Below, piece by piece: positions 14,170 to 26,781 of a stretch of DNA of 64,000 nucleotides. The position numbers were made by a program, and so were the translations under genes. This DNA is from Trichosphaerium sp. ATCC 40318 (Eukaryota > Protista > Tubulinea). The stretch is from contig JALMLS010000487.1 in the NCBI GenBank assembly GCA_038496445.1, positions 124,001 to 188,000 of the forward strand, read 5' to 3'. Numbering within the stretch: position 1 is the stretch's first letter; the number at the start of each line of letters is the position of its first letter. The notes below the pieces were generated by a model that was not told where the DNA came from, did no database searches, and was given only the letters and a program-made list of their open reading frames with translations.

Positions 14170-15216
14170 TTATTTTTTTACTATGGTTATGTTTCTTTCT
14201 TTGAGATACGCACAACATTCTGTTAAGACTTTGTGTTCCTTGTTGATATTGAGTGTGCGTAGCCTAGATAATGATTTGATTCCATTACTTGTTACATTTT
14301 TACCTCTACCAAGGCCTAAGACTTCAACATTAGAAAGATGAAACAGCCAATCATCTGCTACTTGATTCGGCAAGTGAACAGTTTTAGCATCTCCAAGACT
14401 TTTCATACAAGTACCAGTGATATGACAGCCTATAAGGTTAATATTCTTTACACCAACCAAAGCTGAAACTCCCTCATCTGTTACTGATGTGCAACTTAAA
14501 TCTATGGTATGTACTCCAGAAATGCTTTGAAACGACTCACCAGTGATGCTCCTACACCCACTCAAATAGATTGTATGTACACCAGAAAGTGGAATAAGCC
14601 AATCGTCTATCACTTCTGGTCCAAATAAATCTACAGTATGTACACCAGCTAGTGCCGAAAGACCTTCTTTTGTTATGCCTTTACAGTGATAAAGCTTTAA
14701 AGTATGTACGCCAGCAAATGCTGAAAGACCTGTATCAGTGATAGGTGTGTGAAATAACTTTAAGGTATGTACACCAGCTAATGCTTTAAAACCTTCATCT
14801 GTAATGTTGGCGCATCCACTAAGTTGTACACTGTGTACTCCAGAAATACGTTTTAATCCTTCATCTGTTAACATGCGATAAAAATCAGCTACCGCTATGG
14901 AGCGAACACCAGAAAGAACAGCAAGATCCGAGTCTTTTGGCTTAACACACACTATTTGAGTGTTCTTTAAGAGAGGGCTTCCACATAAACGATAATAACC
15001 TGTAGTTGATGTAACCATGATAGTATCGTATCCGACAAGATGGTGAATGACGTCTGATAGCAATTTGCAGCTTTGAGAAACGAGGAATCGAGATGAACGG
15101 TCTACATATGATAGTATATGAGCTAATATCTCTGTTGGCATGTCAACAAGCTCTTTATTTGCTAATTCACTTGTAGAAATCTTAAACAGGCTTTTGCCCT
15201 TGCAATCGCGTTCCAT
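14170..15216 (-). CDS. F-box + 21/22-aa leucine-rich repeat (GVHTI-type) protein, 348 aa, single exon
   Basis: F-box-like LVDMPTEILAHILSYV...VSQSCK followed by GVHT(I/L)xLxxxxITDxGxxAL repeats. Confidence 0.9.
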   Translation of the reverse strand: MERDCKGKSLFKISTSELANKELVDMPTEILAHILSYVDRSSRFLVSQSCKLLSDVIHHLVGYDTIMVTSTTGYYRLCGSPLLKNTQIVCVKPKDSDLAVLSGVRSIAVADFYRMLTDEGLKRISGVHSVQLSGCANITDEGFKALAGVHTLKLFHTPITDTGLSAFAGVHTLKLYHCKGITKEGLSALAGVHTVDLFGPEVIDDWLIPLSGVHTIYLSGCRSITGESFQSISGVHTIDLSCTSVTDEGVSALVGVKNINLIGCHITGTCMKSLGDAKTVHLPNQVADDWLFHLSNVEVLGLGRGKNVTSNGIKSLSRLRTLNINKEHKVLTECCAYLKERNITIVKK

Positions 15217-15762
15217 TGCTTGTAATTAACTGTAGTAACTTAAAACAAAAAACAATGGGGTTATGGAGCTCGACTTTACACTTTCACTTTCACTTAACGA
15301 CGTTTGGTTTGCATGTGCGCACTAAAATATAATGAATCTTCAACAGAGCATGATTATGTAACAAATAAAGTACTATCACATGGACTTACCTTTTTCGCGA
15401 ATCGTTATTTTATCCCTAAAGGAAAATGGAAGTAAGCAATCAGAATACCTCAAGTTATTACCATGTAGAGGTGTTGGTGTTGGTATGATAAGCGAACAAA
15501 AACACATTTGCCATGTACATTAACGACGTTGGTTACTATGAACATATGGTGTAGAAGGGCTTGTGTCCATTGTCACCAGAACCAAGCTCTGTTGGACAAA
15601 GGATCTATGCAATAGAAGCCGGGTTTGGGAAAGTCAGTTGTGTACTATAGCTCTTAAAAGATATGGATGTTAAAGACGACTACAGAAGAGAGGCTGAATT
15701 TACTTTTGTTGTACAAAAAAAGAGAAAGACTGAGTAGGTAGTTTTGTTTCATTTATCTATTT

Positions 15763-18700
15763 TTACAAGGCACTTTTGCTTAGTTCTTCACCGACATACT
15801 TTGATGGTTGAAAAACTGTCTTTGTTATCATTGAAGCATTGTATCTGGATAAACACTTTTCGATGTACGGTAGAAAAAACTCAAGACTACCTAAGGAGAA
15901 TGCAATGAGTAAATGTCGAGTTTGGTATTTCGTGTTTTTAGCTAAACCAGAGTTGTCTCTTACCGTTCGTTGGGATAAGTTTAATAAAAGATTTAGGGTT
16001 TAAAGCATGTGTAAGGAAATCCAGTATATCCCGATAAGCTTGTATCAACGCCTAGAAGAGGCGTTAATGAAAGAAAAAAAAAAAAAAATGTCTCTATCTA
16101 ATTAGACATTCTTGGTTTAAGCTAAAAACGTACTTCAGCCTTAGCCTCTTCACTAATTTCTAATCCAACTTGGTTTAGTATACAACGCAATACAATATTC
16201 CAATCATTATCCTAAAATAACAAAAAGAATAAGTCAAAACAAAGCAGCGAAGTGAATAAGAAAATAATGAGAATTACACATACCTCCTGGCAATACTGCT
16301 TTGAATACTCTAAAAGTACTTCAGGAAAATCCGTGGCTAATACTTTAATAGCATCTTGAAGCCTGTTTAAGCGAATATCAGTATAAAGAAGGACTCAATC
16401 ATTTAAACAAAAAGCGAACTTACTTTTTTTCATGAGGGAGGCATAGGAGTTCCAAGGCTGTCAAATCCTTTGATGTAGTAGGTTCACAATTATTAGCGAT
16501 TGCATGTTGTTTATACTGTACTATAATACTTAAAACATCCTTATTTGTACGCTCAACTTCACTGCAAAGCAAACCTAAAATAAATCAATCGAAGTGTGTA
16601 GAGATAGCTAGTCTCATGTTATCTACCTTGGAACTTTGTAACGTAAAAGTTATGTGTCGCTTCAGTACATATCCAACGCCCTGCATTAGCCGGAGAGTAT
16701 ACTTCAAGCCATTTGAACCTAAACATAAAAAATTAGTACAGAAAAAAATAAACGTAAACTCATTAAAGAGACTTTAGTTGTTGATTTCGTACGCTCTCTT
16801 GAATGTATTTAGATGAAACTTTTTCCAGCTCTTCTCAAAAGTTGGTGGCTCTGCCTCTTCTGCTAGTTGACGATCCAAACTTGAAAGAGATCGACCTATA
16901 AAGGTTATGTTTGAAATTAAAAAAAAGGTTTTGAGTTTGTTACCTCTCTTCCTCTTTGGTGTGTTACCACTCTCAGTACTATCTTGTGTAGAATTAGCTT
17001 TCTTCATAGAATCTGCTTTATCATCATTAAGTTGTGTGACAAGCTCCACACGTTCTTGCTCTGGTAATAACATATTTTGCATGTACATCTCACTCAGCTT
17101 TATAAAAAGTTCAGGAATTTCATCATCATACATCTCTTTATGCTTGTGTAGGAGAATAGCTTCCAAGTAGCACATTTGCAATAACCTGTTTAAACAAAAA
17201 TTAGTTTTGAGAAGCTTTTTAATAATAAATAATTCCAAAAAAAAATCACGTGAACATAACGACAACGAAACCGGAAATTAACAAGAAAAAGTACCTGTTT
17301 TGGTTTTTAATGTGTACGTTACCGTTGTCAGGTTTTAATAGTACTGGTAATGCTGTATCAACTGGAAATTGCTCCTGTAATCTAACTAATATTTCTAATA
17401 ATGCCCAAGGTGCTGAAGAACGTAATAATCGACCAAGGGATAGTTGATCTGCAGAAGAACCTTCTACAAAAGAAAATAATAAGAAACGATAAACCAAACC
17501 CAACACTTGTTGAAATGTCACGAAGTGGTACCTAGTTGAACATCTGGTAGAAGTAACTTTGGGTTATTTGCACAGTACTCTACAAGTCTTTCTCTTGGAA
17601 GCTCGGATAGATGATCAATAGCATCACTAACTTTTCCAAGATCAAGCTCAATCAAAATTAAAGCCATGGAGAAAGACCATCCATACAGTCTTAACTGGTT
17701 CTAGAAACAAACAGTTAGTGACGTTCAATTAAAAATAATGATAAAAGAAGCCACTACGTTGTTACTTACTTGTACTTTATCAAGAACCATGCGTGCACAC
17801 TCAAGTTCATAATCAGTCAGTGACGACTCTAAAATAAGTTTTCCGATATGTTGTGGTTTGTATTTATAATAATGCAATAGTATATCATTAGCAAGCTTCT
17901 CATCTTGTTCCATCAAGTCTATAACCTACACTCAAAGGTCAGAAATTTATGGATACAATAATTAACAAGAAAAAAAATAGAACAAAGATTCACGTGCGTC
18001 AGGGTTGAAAAGAACTACATCAAGGTATCGGATTAAGGCTTTTTCAGAAGAAGGTTCATCTAAAAATTGTCTTGCGACATAGTCAAGTTTACTATCAGAT
18101 CTAGAGTACGCCAGGGCTGCTGACTTGTAATTTTTGGCACTAAAGTAGTACTACAAAAGATAATAAGCTCAAACGTATAACTTTAAAAAAAAGAACAAGA
18201 GATTTTTCATACATCTCCAAGAAGCGTGTATGAACGTTTTGATAAAGCGCTGTAATTCTTTTCTTCAAGACTGATACTAAGCTCTTTAGCATGATCTATT
18301 GTTTCCTCTTCCTCATCCTCATAGTCTAGAAAAAAATAACAGTTTAAGCCAACCAACCTTAACACAAAGCTTACCTCCAAGTTGCATTCGAAGCGTTGCA
18401 AGGTGACTCAAGAGTAAGAAATGACCTTCTAGAAGAAGCTGACAGTAAACTGTAACATTTGTCTCATACTAGAGGTAGAATAAGGTGAATACGATAAGAA
18501 CAATGAAAACACATACATATGTATTTGCTAGCGAAATTATCTCATCATAGAGTGCAGCAAGTGGAGTAGGTTTTAATACGTATAAATTCCAACCTACAGT
18601 CTGGTCCGAGACTTCAGAAGTGTCTCTTAGCCTCTTAGGTTTTGGTGAGAGTTTGATTGGAATTGCTGACGACGAAGAACGTAAGTAAGCATAACTAACT

Positions 18701-21171
18701 ATAAACATTCGAACAGCTTACCATTTTTTGCTTTTGTCAAATCTACTTTTTTTTCAAGTTTAGCTAGCACCTCGGCTTCTGTTGTCCTAACCAAATTAAT
18801 TCGCTTAACATACCAGAAAGAATTGAAAGACCATACTTTGATAAAAGAACGACATGACCTCCTGCAACAGCAACTTCTTGAAGAGATATAAATGGTTGAA
18901 TACCAATAAGACATGGCTGAGGTAGCTTATCTCCCCATGACTCAGATGTCCTCATAGCAAAAGTTTCAAGTCCTACTAAAGTTCAATATATTGCATCATA
19001 CCTTTTTACTATACCTGATTCAGTGAGCGTATATACAAACCAGCTATCCGCAAGAGTAACAATAGTTTCATCGGTATATTCATACTGATGAATTAACTTT
19101 GTCTTCTCTCGAACATCATACAAATACCCCTAAAATACAGTCACACCAACAGCAGCAATCACCTGGTAACATACATTTCTAGTAGTAGATACAAATAACC
19201 TCATGCCCTAGCAACAAGTATGAGACAAGGACGATACAATAATAAATAAATGCATGAAAATTATAGGAATGATTTAGACAAGCTCACGCACCGCCCCAAA
19301 TGGTTGTGAATACTCAGGGAGTAATGATATATTGTTAATACAGTTTGATGAAAACCGTCTATACAAAAGAAGCATTGATGATACAAGAACAAACCCACCT
19401 TCTGTATTGACCTAAGTAACATTATTTATTTGGAATTAATCTGAAAAAAGATGACGTACTCTGTAAGCATGGACGTCTCGTATTGGACCAAGTACAGGAC
19501 GAACTGAATCTTCCTTTGTATAAACTACTGGTTTACCACTATCAACTTCAAATTCCATTACATTAGTGTCATCTGATGGCAGGCTAGTACAAGAATAAAT
19601 ACCAAACATTCAAAAAATTGAAACATTCTCAAAAAGTATTTGCAGCAATATAAGCCACAGTATACTGGATTTTCTTCGCTTAAAAAAGGTAAAATTATGA
19701 GACTCACCTTGGCACGTTCAAGTTCAAGTTAGGTAGGAACATGACAGGATTACCACGTGAATTAAAAGTAAACGTTGAAAAATGTTCATCTTCTACAGCT
19801 TCAAACGGTTCTGTTCGCCGTTGATCCTTCAATTTGTCTTTAACTCTAAATTCCGAATATAAAAAACCTCAATCGATCATACAATTGTACACTATTACCT
19901 GTAGTGATTTTCTGAAACAGAAAATTTGTCTTGATTCAGATTTCTTGTCAATAAAACATCAACCTCCAAAGGTGAAGCCTCTACGAGTACTGCTTAATCG
20001 AACTACTCGTTAATTAAAAATACCTTCACTTGTCTGCTCTTGGCTTATATCAAGCTTCAAAGCATAAGCTTCATTCTCTGTGTGGTAACACAAATAAGGG
20101 TGATGTAAATCAAGCGAAATAACATCTAAAGCAAAGAAAGAGTTAGTTTAATTAAAATGATTAATATCACGTGCCTGCAACTGATATATCTAGTACCCAA
20201 TCAACACCACCTGTAGCTACAGACCAAATGGATATAGCAGCGTTTGTAGCAACGCCAATCTACAAACAAATCAACAAACGTCTTCAACAAAGTGTTTTTT
20301 TGCGATGTGGTTCTTGATTGGGCTTACCAAAGATGATGTTGAGCATGCGCTTAGTACTTTTACAGAGGAAGGTACTGGTAATGTACATACTTCCAGAACT
20401 GTTGAGAAACCTTCATTTTTTGCTTTCTCTTTAGCTTCTTCGTTATCATTGGTTGCATCTGCCGACATGCCAACATTTGCTGTGCTAACGGTCCCAGATG
20501 ATAACTCTTTAAAATCTGGATTACTCTGGTTGCACGAGCGCCAATTAAAGTAAATCCTAGTAACACAGATGTTATGTTTCTTCAAAAAAAAAAAAACAAA
20601 AATGAATAAAAAAAGTCACGTGCCTTACAACGTCAATCATGGACTGATCACTTTCTTTCTCTATTGTGGCAATACTAGTATGCTTTAGCTGGTTTTTCAG
20701 AGTATTGTCGATACACAAAAATACGTTGGAGCTTTATTTTTGAGAAAAGGATGGCGATGATTTAGAAATAAGTGTAGTGGTTTGTTTTTTGTTTTGATAG
20801 CGTTGGTTGTACGTACAAGTCGCTGTACGGCAAGTAAATAATTTTTTTGATTGTAGGGTTTTTTGCTGACAACTCGTGAATTAGTACACAGTCGTGAGCC
20901 GAGAACGCTTGTATCTTGCCTGTAGTAATTTTGTTAGCGTTTACGTGTAATGTAGAATTTTCGTACCATCACTTGTAGCCACTAAAAAAGCGTCCTTTGC
21001 GCCTACTATAGTCGCCGGTTCATCATCAGTTGATACTAACTCATGTGAAGAGAAAATTCTAAATGGTAACACTTTCACAGCACCAGAGCTGACAGCACGC
21101 CATACATCCTCTAGAAAACGTTAAAACAAACACATTTCTACCAAAATGCCTGTTGGTGGAGACTCAGCCAT
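15763..21171 (-). CDS. HPS3: BLOC-2 subunit HPS3-like protein (multi-exon)
   Basis: N-terminal FSSHELV..DEP...KDAFLVA..GKIQAF, internal VRIYFNWR and C-terminal GSLEFFLPYIEKC match motifs I recognise from HPS3. About 25-30 short introns. Confidence 0.7.
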
Positions 21172-22361
21172 TTCTACGCTGACAGCGGCTGTAGATAACG
21201 TAAGAAATACAATAACTCTGTTCTAGAATAATTTAAGTCACGGACAAAAAGTGTCAGTTCTAAACAAGCACACAACGCATGAGTAGCAAAAACGTATTGG
21301 CGCTAGGCCTATGGGCTGTAGGTTCGGCGTACATGGGAGGCTTGCTTGCTCACGGCCTTTTTGCCAAAAAGATTGTACTAGCACACTCCCATATCCGTGT
21401 AGTTCTCTAAAGAAAAGTAGAAAGCCGATTTACAAGAGGAAGCTAAACTTATTTTACAAACGCCGCTGGAGATCGAATGGCCAAGCCAACGAGGGTCTAC
21501 TAGCACAGCAGACAAAGATACACATTAAAATGCGATTTTTTACGCCTAGAAATACACCCACACAAGGCAGTTTGGCGAAGGCAAGCACCAAACGTTTTCT
21601 CCCACACAGCGAACAATTTTTTAAATTATACAATATAAAATAGCGCTCACGTCATTCAAAATCAATAATTTGGAGTGCCCAACACCCAATTTACTCTTTT
21701 TGACGCGCAATCTCTTGGATTAAAGTCGTTCTGGTGTATACTAGGATAATGCGTTACTCCGTACTCCTTTCTACCCAGTACGACTAATAAAAAAGTAATG
21801 TACAAAACGTCATGTTTGTGATTTTTTTGTAAAACTCTAACTTCGAGACCTACGCGGACATTTGTGTGCTATTCCAGTCAGTGCGTATTTTCTTTATTTC
21901 TCTTTATTAATTGATCCTTGATTTTCTATTGCATCATTGACGTTCATTAATCGATGTATGAACAAGTTCCAATCGTACTACCATTACTGCACATTGCTGC
22001 ACGGCCTCTTTTAAATAGCACAGAAATTACATTTTTCTGATAATAGTTAAAATCTTTTGGCATTGTAATGAAGAAACAAAGGGAGTTGTTTCCCCAAGTT
22101 GGCATTTTCAAACATTACCCAACAGTGATGCGATATGACATTTCGCGTTTTTAAATGCCCTATTGATAGTACACTATGTGACATAGCATAAGAGACATGG
22201 TAAGGTACCTGTAGAAGCAAGTTATGTGGTTTCTTATTCTAGTCAATCAAAACCAAAAAAATCTGACTTAATTTTTTTTTTATTTCATCATTTTTACCGA
22301 CTGTGTTGTACATTGTTTCCTTACCTATTCACCAAAATAAATATAATATAAAAGGGGTGTA

Positions 22362-24775
22362 ATGGGTACGTGCACAAGCGTTCAAGCGAATCCTCACTCC
22401 CGGATCATTGATAAAGAACTCAAAAAAGAAAAAAAAGCGCTTACAAAGCGGTATAAATTTATTCTACTAGGTACGGGACTATTTATATTCACGTGGTTTA
22501 TCTTCTTTTTTTTTTTTTGTCGTAATTTTTTTTTCCGTCGGTTTTTTTTGTAGATCATCGCTACGCGATAAATTGTAGACTACAAAACTACTACATATTA
22601 TTTGGTTTTGATGTTTTGTAATACAATAGAAAATACAAACATGTTTTCTTTTAGGCGCTGGTGGTGTTGGCAAGTCTACAATTTTTAAACAACTAAAGCT
22701 ACTTCATAATGGTGGTTTTACAAAGACAGAACGATTTACAGCAAGGCTTATAATACATGATAATATAATTGCGAATCTGGAAAAACTAGTTCTTGCGGCA
22801 TCTTCAAATGGTCTTAAGCTTAATCTCATAAAGATAACGGTACGTTAAACCCGACATGGCGTAGCTTTTTATTGTCTATGGGACACATTTGTAGTTGTTT
22901 CTCTTGTGGTCTTCTTTTTCAGTTTCTCCCTCTTTTTCACCTCGACACGTTTGTACATGTGTATCTGATTGGTTCTCTCGTTCTATAGGAATCATTGCAG
23001 CGAATGAAGAGAAGAGGAAAATTAAACGCCGCAAAACTAACAGCTTTATGGGAGAGCGCTCATATAATGTTAATGTGGAACCACTATGTATCTCCGAAAG
23101 AGTATAACAACTTAGACTAGTACGTGACAACTTCTACAGACTACCCCACTTTCTTGTTTTTTTGAAAACTATCTAGAAAGTACCTACATATGTTTTTTTT
23201 ATTTTAACCGTTCAGTGTTTTGTTACAATGTTTGGGTACACGTGATTTTTTTTTTTTTTGTGTTCTCGTATCACGTTCAGGTCCATTAATTTTATTCTGC
23301 TCATATCGTCTGATACCGCGTTCATGACAAAAAGAGAACCTTTCGCTTATTTGAAGCTAATGTTTTTTTCAGTTTCATGTCTCGGATAGGAGAAATATCA
23401 AGCCCAGAGTATATTCCAAACAACGACGATATTCTTCATTTAAGACATGCTACGACTGGTATTCTTGAGCAGACTTTTGAACATGATAAAAAAACGTACG
23501 TTTGTTGTTTGGTAGTTTTATTGTAGAAACATCTCGAAATCGGCCATCACGAAATTTTTTTTGTTTAATTCCAGTGGTCTGGCTCGGCTGCAGTACTGGG
23601 ATGAATGACTTGATGTAGTAGTCTTATTTTCGAAGCAAATATCGCAGTTGTTTCACTTTCGGCTAAACCGCCTTTCTGGCTTTGATTTCTTACAAAATTA
23701 AGCGAATCGTTTTATTTTGCCAATAAGATGTGATTTTAAACGGATCATTTTATTACTACAAACTACCAATACTAGTGGCTTGGTTCAGTGTATATTTTGT
23801 TGAAAAAAATTCTCCCGTCTGTGCTCGTCACCAAACTTTTTTTAATTTTATTATTGAACCTTTATAATGCTTATCATCTTCACATGCATGGTTTAAGCAC
23901 GTGAAAACAAAGATTTATTTTCTTACAAAGTGGTCCACGTGATTTATTTATTTTATTATAGATTTAACGTTGTTGATATTGGTGGAGATCGTTCAGAAAG
24001 AAAGAAATGGGAGCTAGTTTTTCACGAAGTAGATGTTGTAATTTTTATTATTGATTTAATGGATGGTACAAAAACCCAACCTTAAGATTTTATTTATATT
24101 CTTACAACAACAATATAAAACAAGAAAATTACACTTTTAAACAAGAACTGCAGCTGTCACGTCATCAAAAGCTTTCCTCTTGAAAAAAAATATCACTGAA
24201 AACAACAGAAAATCTCAAAACCAAAAAACGCCACTGATATCACTAACACTTTTATTGCAGTCGATAGTGCTAAACAAGCTGAATCTGTATTGTTATTTAG
24301 TAAGCTCACCCAAGAATCGCTATTACAGAACAGTCACTGGGTCTTATTTCTGAACAAAGTAGATCTTTTCTCAAATAAATTCACTAGCGAAAAAAAGAAA
24401 AACGAAGCTATTAGAAAGATTGAGAATGAGTATAAGAAGACGTTTGCCTCTAAAAACTCAAGCCTTTATACTTTCGTAACTTGTGCCGTTGATACAGAAT
24501 ACGTTGATAAAGTTATAAAGAGCGTAGAGGACCGGTAAGTATCATAGTTTTACAACAACAAAAAAAACACAAACAACTTTTTCGTCAAGTCGGAAAAAAC
24601 TCCTGAAAGTTCAACCACTTTTTGTACAAAATCGTTATTTTTAAAGCATGCTTCACGCGTTTAAAAAAAGATATAGCTTTATCACGTGTTTTATGGAATC
24701 TTCTTGAATTTTTTTCTATCTCTAACAGATCTTTGTAGGGTAATTGTTTCGGGTTTGACATCGATGATGATGTAA
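22362..24775 (+). CDS. Heterotrimeric G protein alpha subunit (atypical)
   Basis: MGTCTS lipidation start, G1 GAGGVGKST, switch I RHATTGI, G3 DIGGDRSERKKW, G4 FLNKVD, G5 TCAVD. Confidence 0.92.
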
Positions 24776-25382
24776 AAAAGCTTTGGTATCAACAAAAGCA
24801 ATTTTTTTTCTCTCTAAACAGCAGATATTTGATTGGTATCAAAAAAACCCTCCAAACCCACAAAAAGAACTTATTCTTAATTCTCACCCAAATCCACCTC
24901 TCTCAACGTAAGAGACCTTGTATTATAATTATGTAAATTAAATAAAAAATTACACATCATTTAATGGAAAAAAATATCCAGAAAATAAAACCTCAGGTTG
25001 TTACACTTTGTGATTAAAAAGTGAACGATAAGGGCAACAGAAAAGTATCTCGTATTGGATTGTAATACGATATATGTATCCTTGAAGAGTACATACACAG
25101 TTTGATGTAGTTGAAGGCGAGCGAGAACTTGCAGTACTTGATTTCATACAAAGATAAAAACCGCGCTACAACGCTTTATATGTACCTCGTTTTAAATTGA
25201 TTAAAGTATGATATTAACAGGTACATTTGCGCCTTTGTCTCATCGTTATACGGAAAACTGTTAGCATCAGGGTGATATAGCGTACAACCAAGTTACAAGT
25301 TTGAAACTACGAAGTCATGTGATCAACGATTGAAACGCGCTTGCATTGTTCAAGACATTATGATACTATTCAGATACTACAA

Positions 25383-25439
25383 GAAATCTCTGTACGAGGG
25401 TAAGTTCTGATAATACCCTGATCCTCGTACAGAGATTTC
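25383..25439. repeat. Perfect 17-bp inverted repeat with 23-nt spacer
   Basis: GAAATCTCTGTACGAGG (25383-25399) is the exact reverse complement of CCTCGTACAGAGATTTC (25423-25439). Confidence 0.95.
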
Positions 25440-26781
25440 CCACGTATCGTAATGTTCACAAAACATGCAATCTTTTTACCTTACCGCACGAGCAGGTAAC
25501 GGCATGCTTCACTACTCCCCAATGGTGGGACGCATTCATCATATCGTCACGATATCGTCAGCAGGAGTTCACAATGGCTCATTTTTTCAACCTTGAAAAG
25601 GCAACACGTGTCATCAACAAGTATTTATCTAAATAGTAAGATAACGCAGGTCGCGCGATTCTATTTTTGGATGTGAAGTAAACACGGAAACTACAAATCA
25701 ACTAAAAACTGTTTACAGCGTTTTAGAAAACGTGATAGTTTACAATAAATCGGAGCTCTATAGATACTCCTACTAGGCTATGGCGTATGCTCTAGCTAGT
25801 TATAACGCTAAAAAGCACGTTTATTTACAATATAAACGATATTTGTTCGGAGAAGCTTCTCCTACTGCAAACTTTTCAAAACGTCAATTCAGACATTATT
25901 TTACTCACGCAATAGCCCCGGAGATAATCCGTTTATGACACCATTGTGGCGTTGGTTAATGCCTACTATGTAAATAGTAAAAGGCAGTTTTCCGACAATA
26001 TCACCACACGGATAGGCCGAAGCAGAAGGAGCTTGTGTGAACACTGAAAAGTGGTATTGAGGGTTCAAATACATGACACACGTGATGGTTAAAACTCCGT
26101 CTGTTGTTAGAGCTGGTTTACAGAAGGACAGACATTTTTGTAGAACAAAACGGTAGCTGCAAGTTTGAGAATGCTCATTCGTGCTGACATTGACGGACGA
26201 AGATTTATCACAACGAAAAAATAGGTTGACGTATGTTCTACCATAAAAAATGTCAAAACCCGATTCAGTTTCGCTGTTCTACCTTCATCTCACAGAAGTA
26301 AATTGCCATATTAGTTATGGCGACACTCAATCTTAACGCAAGTGAAGCACTAGGTACTCTTGTGGAGGAAGACAGTAAACTGTTTTTGTTTTGATAAATC
26401 TTTGTACTTTTCGTCACTTCTGCACGTGGGTAAACCTTGGACAGTATGTTTAGCTCTGACAGTGTATGCAAAGCCTTTTATTCTGATCATTCTAGTTGGT
26501 AGGCTTAAGACGATTCCTTCTAGTATTCCTTGATGGAGTACGCGAATTAAAGTTTTGCAACTTTTTTTCAATTGCTCGAATTCTTAAGGTATTGTATTTA
26601 TGATAGTGTGTTGACTCAGTTTGAGTACGTGCACATGGACAAATTAGAGCGTTTATAAAGATGGTAAATTGTTTGCCAACATTTTACAAGTCGAGAATCC
26701 CAAGAACTAACAAAGTCATACGAGTAAAATAATATGAGGAATAACAGTATTTTTTGGTCACAGCAATAAATATTTATGTGG

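Noticed and set aside
15380-15737. Possible small spliced plus-strand gene fragment (KGLCPLSPEP...DDYRREAEF)
   Set aside because: I could not establish a consistent start or a recognisable domain.
21311-21643. 110-aa ORF between HPS3 and G-alpha; also checked for RNase P/MRP and snRNA motifs
   Set aside because: No protein motif, and no convincing conserved ncRNA boxes.
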